From: Trichoplax sp. H2
Taxonomy: Eukaryota
DNA length: 64,000 nucleotides
Assembly (NCBI GenBank): GCA_003344405.1
Contig: NOWV01000269.1
Coordinates: 1-64,000, forward strand
Direction: 5' to 3'
Part shown: one piece after another, positions 58,001 to 64,000 of the stretch
Layout of the letters: each line of letters opens with the position of its first letter
How positions within the stretch are numbered: the stretch's first letter is position 1
Made by a program: the position numbers and the translations under genes
The notes under the pieces: model-generated
The model's input: the letters and a program-made list of their open reading frames with translations, nothing else
Database searches by the model: none
Told to the model about the DNA's origin: nothing

Positions 58001-60381
58001 GAATCAAATTAGTGATGTCATTAATTTGTATATGTCATTGCTTTGAATTGTTATCAAATGGCGGTCAAAATGTTGGGAATTAAATCCTATAAAATCCATA
58101 TTAAATTTGAATTTTAGTACTATTGAGACGAAAAAATAAATTAGTCGCTTGTTGATTGCATTGTTCAACTTATTCCCTAAGAACAGGATAGCAAACATTA
58201 CCGGTAAAGTAGCTTTGAAATTCGTCATTGTAGTATTTTTTTCATAATATTGGTACTGTCCTTGTAGAAAGCTTTTCCAATCAAAAATAATTCAAATACT
58301 GCTTGAAAGATTCGCCATAAGATCATTTTCAAGAGAATACGATAGAAAGCTTAGTCAATAATCTCATCTACAATAATTTTATGATAGCATCAGATCATTA
58401 TTGCCAATTTCAGATTCAAATTTATATAGAAAGATTTGAAATTTATATCCAAAAGTTACAGTGTCTTATACACCTGTGTGAAGTGGAAATCAAATCTTAA
58501 ACGAAGTCATTTTGCCCATCATCGTCCGAAAAAGAGATCTTTAGCAGATAGAGGAAATTCAATATCAACGAATTATTTGATGAAAATGAGCCTCCAGTAA
58601 TGATAGCATATCGTCAACAATAAGTCAAGTAGGAGCGGTTATTTTACCAATTTTTACGTCTTGAAAAATTTGAATATAACGATGGACGATCCTATTTTTA
58701 CTGTTACTTGATATCCATTAAATTATGTAATAAAGTGAAATAGCTCATTACTTTATTATTTGATTAACTATTATCCAACTATGATCAGGCTCGTTTTACC
58801 TGCATAGAAAAAATCTGGAAAGAACTTAGATGTAATTACATTATTTATTATAACCTTATAAACAGATGTTGCTTTTTAAGTACTTTTGAAATCTATAAGT
58901 TAAGTCTGATAATACGGTACTTATCAGAATTGATGTACTCTATGACGCCCAATTGTTCCTGTAATTCATAGTTTTCGAAATCTTAAATCTGTGGATTGCT
59001 ATTTCTAATAGGAAAAATTCCCCTTTTAACATTCTGCTCATGCTATAAATTAATTATGAGATAACATGTCATCTGTCACATTCGTTTCATTTTAGAAAAA
59101 ATTTATAACTGTCTTAATAATTAATATGTTTTATAAGTCTGCTCATTAAAGTTACTTAAACACAAGCCATAATCGAATCGTCGCTAATGACAACATCAAA
59201 ATAAATCAAAATATTCAAAGAATGAACGCTATCAACAATGGCTAACTAATTCCCAAAATTAGCAATACAATATATGTTTACTTATACAGAAATTATGTTG
59301 ATATAAATACAGTTTATTTAGTTTAAATATGCAATATAACACAATGTTGAACTTGTACTAAAGTGATATAAAAGATACTTTGATAATAGTCTATTTTTTA
59401 TTTAAAAAGTGTCCCAATCTTTACAATATAACATTCAAAGGCGTTAAACTGCTTTTACTTCTTATTGGTTACCAGTAACCGGAAGCTTTTCTAAACTGGC
59501 AGTCTACTGCAAGCTTAATGAAACTCAATTGAAGCATACAATTGATTTAATCTGACAATTCGCGGCATTTATGGTTTTACAGTACAATCTCATATATCAA
59601 GTTTAGCATTTTCAGTAATTTTACGAGAATGTGCAACATAAAAGTGAGATTCAAGATAGATGATAATCCCTATGAAATGGGTGTAGATTTAATAATTAAT
59701 ATTTTTAAGGTGGTATCAATTATGGTAATTATGGTTCTTCAATAGTAAATATTGATATAATATTTACATTTGAAGTTCGAGAATTTTCATATTTATATTA
59801 TATTAAATACCTCGAGTTGCTTCTAGTATAATGAAATGTCTACAAGAAGTCTTCTGATTGCAATTTACAATCCTAAAATTGCATTAAAATTAGTTAAAAA
59901 GGTCTGCTTCATATCTATATCTAGATTTTACCATTCTAATCAAGGTCACCTGTCAAGATAGAATCGAAATAAACCGTAATTTCTCAGTATAATTTCACTG
60001 ACACAAGGGTGCATGCTTGCAGTATTGATAAATGAAAACTCAATTTCAAGTTGCGCTAATTCGTTAGCTATTATAATGTTGATACTTATATGAATTATAG
60101 TATTTAGGATGATGTCAGTCAGTATAAGTTTGTAAGTCCATTTAAGAAGGAAAGTATTATCACTTTAATACAATGTTAAAGAAGATAGAGAATTTACAAT
60201 CTAATTTTTTATGATAAAATGACCAGCAGGTTGATAATTTACTGATATCAATTGAGCTGCTATTGCTACCCGATGATTGAATTACTCCTTTTAATTTAGT
60301 ACAGTAGCTCATTCTTTGTCTATTTACAAAAGCTGGTTTTGAAAAGCTATAGAATTTGAAATTACTTCCGTTCAAATGATA
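55050..60381 (-). pseudogene. Heavily decayed multi-exon gene, probably a class C GPCR (flytrap, Cys-rich region, 7TM)
   Basis: Stop-interrupted fragments occur in the expected order: AIITGGSFSSNNSLILNFLYLLKIS (~58600-58530), ENDLMANLSSSI*IIFDWK (~58330-58275), KTECIE/LKWQN...AVLIKITGIYGAIL (~55755-55660), HGFIVTLRVSLLAEK (~55465-55420) and ALKCDN*MEKF (~55130-55100). Phase-compatible exons at ~60381-59811 may belong to it or to another gene. Pattern match by eye only. Confidence 0.4.
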
Positions 60382-63279
60382 CTGTAAATGATAAAGTATT
60401 GAATAAAGAATATTAAACCGACAAAGCTAACGGATTACTCGTAGTTTAGTATAGAAATAAATCAGCTGAAGAGAATGAATAATTATTGTGATTAAAAAGT
60501 GAATTTGCTTATGCAGTAGATATTTGGTAAATTGGTTGATTTTCTAGTACCTTACTTAAATAGTGCCTAGTCAAACTGCTCGTATATGCCATAAAATCGA
60601 AAGTTTATTTTACAATATGAAGTACAATTACTCTCTTATAAGACTAACTACCAGTATGCTAAAAAATTTTTCATTAAATATTTAAAGATGATATTTCGAA
60701 ATAAAACCCGAAAATCTCCTTATTGATTAGTTCCTCATTCCAAATAGTGCATTAATGCTAGAACTCTTTGACTAGCTACTTTTTACCTATCATTTTATTG
60801 CCTATATCAGCTTTATAGATTGTAAACTGATAAAGTACTTTTAATTGGGTTTTTCTAATATGTTTAGCTAGCTTTCTGCTCTTAATAAGATACTGTATGA
60901 AGTAGATAGCTCCACAATTAGATTTGATATTTCAGTATGATTTTAATATTGTGTAATTATAAACATTTTTAAATTAGTTATCCATACTTTGCAACTCATC
61001 TTCCAGAATATTAATAAATAATGTATTATAAACCAGTAATTTTACACAGTCATGCATTGTACAGCACAAACAGTTGTAAATTTGGCTAACTATTGCTTTA
61101 CGCTAGAAAGCATTAAACATACATGGTTACATTCAAGTGTAATACTCTTTTAATTTATCTTCTCACAATTACGATTAAGTAAGTAAATCTTCAGACAAAA
61201 CTGCATGAAAGAATTAGATATTGCTCAACTGGTTTAGACTCAAGTAAGAAAAGCTACTTTGGATATTTCGGCATTCCGAAACTATGGCATACTCTACATC
61301 ACATACATTAGTAGAATAGTTAAGTAGCTGCTGACATTTATTTTCATATGAATTGGTAATATTTTATCGGTTATTCAAAACAAAATCTTGGAAATAAATT
61401 CTTAAATTTAGTTATCATTGTACTGTCACGGTACGCCGTTACTAATTAAGTAACTGTTGATTAATGAATGCTTAAGAATAGATAAGATAAGGTTATGTGC
61501 CATGTTTAATGCGCTTATAGCTGATAATAGGATGGTAGAAATGAGATAAAAATAAAAGTTGTTAGCAGTTAATTTACTGTAGGTTTATAAGGTGTGTTAA
61601 TCTCTAAAAATTGAGCCGTATATGGACGAAGGTTAAGCGTCTTAACACCTGATAGCTTGTAGCTATCTAAGTCTGAGAATATCGACATGTATATTTAGTA
61701 ATGGTATTATACTAATTAATGCAACTTGTAAAGCATGAATTCTCACTCGGTAATATTGGAATTCACTTCAGAAACCTATTTAAGCGCATGTGTTTGTAGA
61801 ATAAAGTTAGTAATTGCTCAAGAAACGGCAAGACTCATATCGTAAAGAATAGTGTAATAATTAGTCGGTTGTCAGTGGAGATCAGCCGAGAAATCGAGTT
61901 CTCAAATACTTCTCTCATAGAAACTGAAAGTACTGGGAGAAATAGCCCAAGTTTAAGTAACTACACTAGAGTTCTTTACTTTCCTTTGCCACAAGTGAGG
62001 GTTGTGACATGTACTTGTAGCTCGAGCTGATTGTATTATAATTAGTAATCTGGAACTCTAAAATGCAAAATTCAACAATTTTGGGATTCATAAACTGCCA
62101 TAGTTGTAAAATAGTAAAATATCTAAATTGCGTAATCCTAGATTAAAATTGCCTCTTCGGGAGATTTTATTGTAAGAGCAATTGTAAAATGGTTAGACTA
62201 TAGAAATTGTAATATATGCTTAAATTTCACCTTAGTTATGCTACTCAACAAATTCATGACAAGAGAGATGATATATTTTGTTTTACTTGAATTGATTACT
62301 TATATACTAATCTAACCATTTATGTCAATGATAGCCTATTTTTGGGTTTTTTAGATCTTCAATTGACAAATATGGAATACTCAGATGAGAATTAAGAAAT
62401 TTGCTTCTGTACCACGATCATCTAGAAATACTTTCAATTTGGCTTGGCACTTCTATAGTAGCAGAAGTTCATTAGCCGCAAAGTAATTAGTTTTCCCTTT
62501 CTTACTAAAGATCGCATGATGATGATGGATGACGTGGATGACTAATAACATTTCTACATTCTATGTATTTAATTTCGTTTAAATAATAAAAGATTCTTTG
62601 CAAAGGATCACGTTCATGGCGAAATTACAAAGACCATAACAACATCACATAGGTAAATAAATGAAGATTGCATCGCACGTGCAGGGACGCACTAACTTCT
62701 GTGCTAGTATTCTTGTGATTTAAATGGGAAAAGATCGATTAACTACGGAAGTAACTCCAAAATAGAAGGCATATTAATAATATTTAACCGTTTAACCATT
62801 GCTTCTTTAATAAAAATTAATGACAATTCCACTGAAAAAACAATATGCTTTTGACATTGGTAGCGGAACATATAATTAAGACGTTGTCAATATTTAGCTA
62901 ATCGATTCGGCGCTTCGTTAGGTATTTTTAGTTGTAGGTCTTGACTAAAGGCCATCATTAAGTACATATTGTGCTTATCTTGAACCTTAATCTTTAGATT
63001 AATATATAATTTACGCCATTCCTTCGTAAGTACATATAAAATTATCGACTGGAAAGATTCGATTAATTTGAATTCATATCAGCTACAGTAGGATAGTTTC
63101 TATAGCAATAGTCAGCCGTGTTGATGATTATTTTAACTAAGAAAAGTCTTTGATCAATTTTAGCCTTTAAATTCGACGGCTTTAAATACCTTAGCTTTTT
63201 GACCTAAAATAATGACAAGTAAGAATTTGAAGACAATCATGGTATCTATATTTTTAAGCCCGATTTCATTATGCACACT

Positions 63280-63620
63280 TTGATTATATTGCCATACCTT
63301 GCGACTGTTAATGAAATGATGAATAAATTATTACCTTTTAATCATGTAGAATATGTTTAATTTTATGCTTAAGTGATATTGATTTGTTTCGTTGGCTTTT
63401 TTTATATTGCTCGAACCTTGCGACTACTAATGATACGGCAGATAATTGGTGGCAATGTAATCGCATCGAGTATTCTCAATTTCTTGTTGTTATGATAGGA
63501 TTCTTTTCGTTGGCTTTCATTACATTACTATACCTTGCGACTGTCAAAGATATGGCCAATAAATTACGACATTGTATTCACGTAGAATATTTCTAATTCT
63601 TGCTGTTGTGATAGTGCTTC
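63280..63620 (-). repeat. Three diverged ~118-bp tandem units, possibly a decayed TPR-coding array
   Basis: ACCTTGCGACT recurs at ~63296, 63416 and 63532 with similar flanks. The minus strand reads ALSQQQELEIF...IGHIFDS with stops, and NYPTVADMNSN at ~63100 is also TPR-like. Confidence 0.55.
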
Positions 63621-64000
63621 GTTTCCAATGTGAATGCTTATGATAATCATTGGAAATTATGTCTAAAGGATATCATAATTTTATAAACTGCTTTATTTTA
63701 CGATCTTTAAATTTCCATTATCTTAATGCTAAATTGAGTAAAAATTGAGGTCGAGAAGAAGTGTTGGACTGTTTGTTTGCCGATCGTGTGGTATTTAATA
63801 GTCTTCATTCACCGTATACAGTAAAATGCTTTAAATTACTGCCGTAGTAGTCTACTAAAGCTAAGAAATTGAGATTCGAAGCAATGAGGGCAGTAGAATT
63901 GTGTCTCGGTGATTCTATGCTATTTTAGGCTTTTATTAACTTAAAATATTTAAAATCATAACTTTCTGTCACGCATAATCCACCATTAATTTAAACATAA

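Overview
AT-rich eukaryotic genomic DNA with many short GT-AG introns. It is probably placozoan (Trichoplax-like); this is inferred from compact introns, 42-aa TPR genes and an unusual Roco architecture, not shown directly. Conserved single-copy genes are LRRC59, a KLF zinc-finger factor, ZCCHC10, an SMIM20 homolog, a CYB561D-type cytochrome and SPT5. They alternate with intron-poor or decaying family members: a TPR/Roco locus, a BTB-BACK-Kelch tandem array with one pseudogene, TPR relics and a probable class C GPCR relic. The top observation is that the 740-aa TPR ORF and the downstream death-ROC-COR-death ORFs splice in frame through phase-1 introns only, predicting one ~1786-aa TPR-DD-ROC-COR-DD protein with a sensor-switch-effector layout. 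Second, the head-to-head intergenic regions are rich in mixed-orientation (TACWG)n runs, which resemble iterated Tc1/mariner excision footprints, and in local tandem duplications. All exon models were read by eye and need transcript confirmation.
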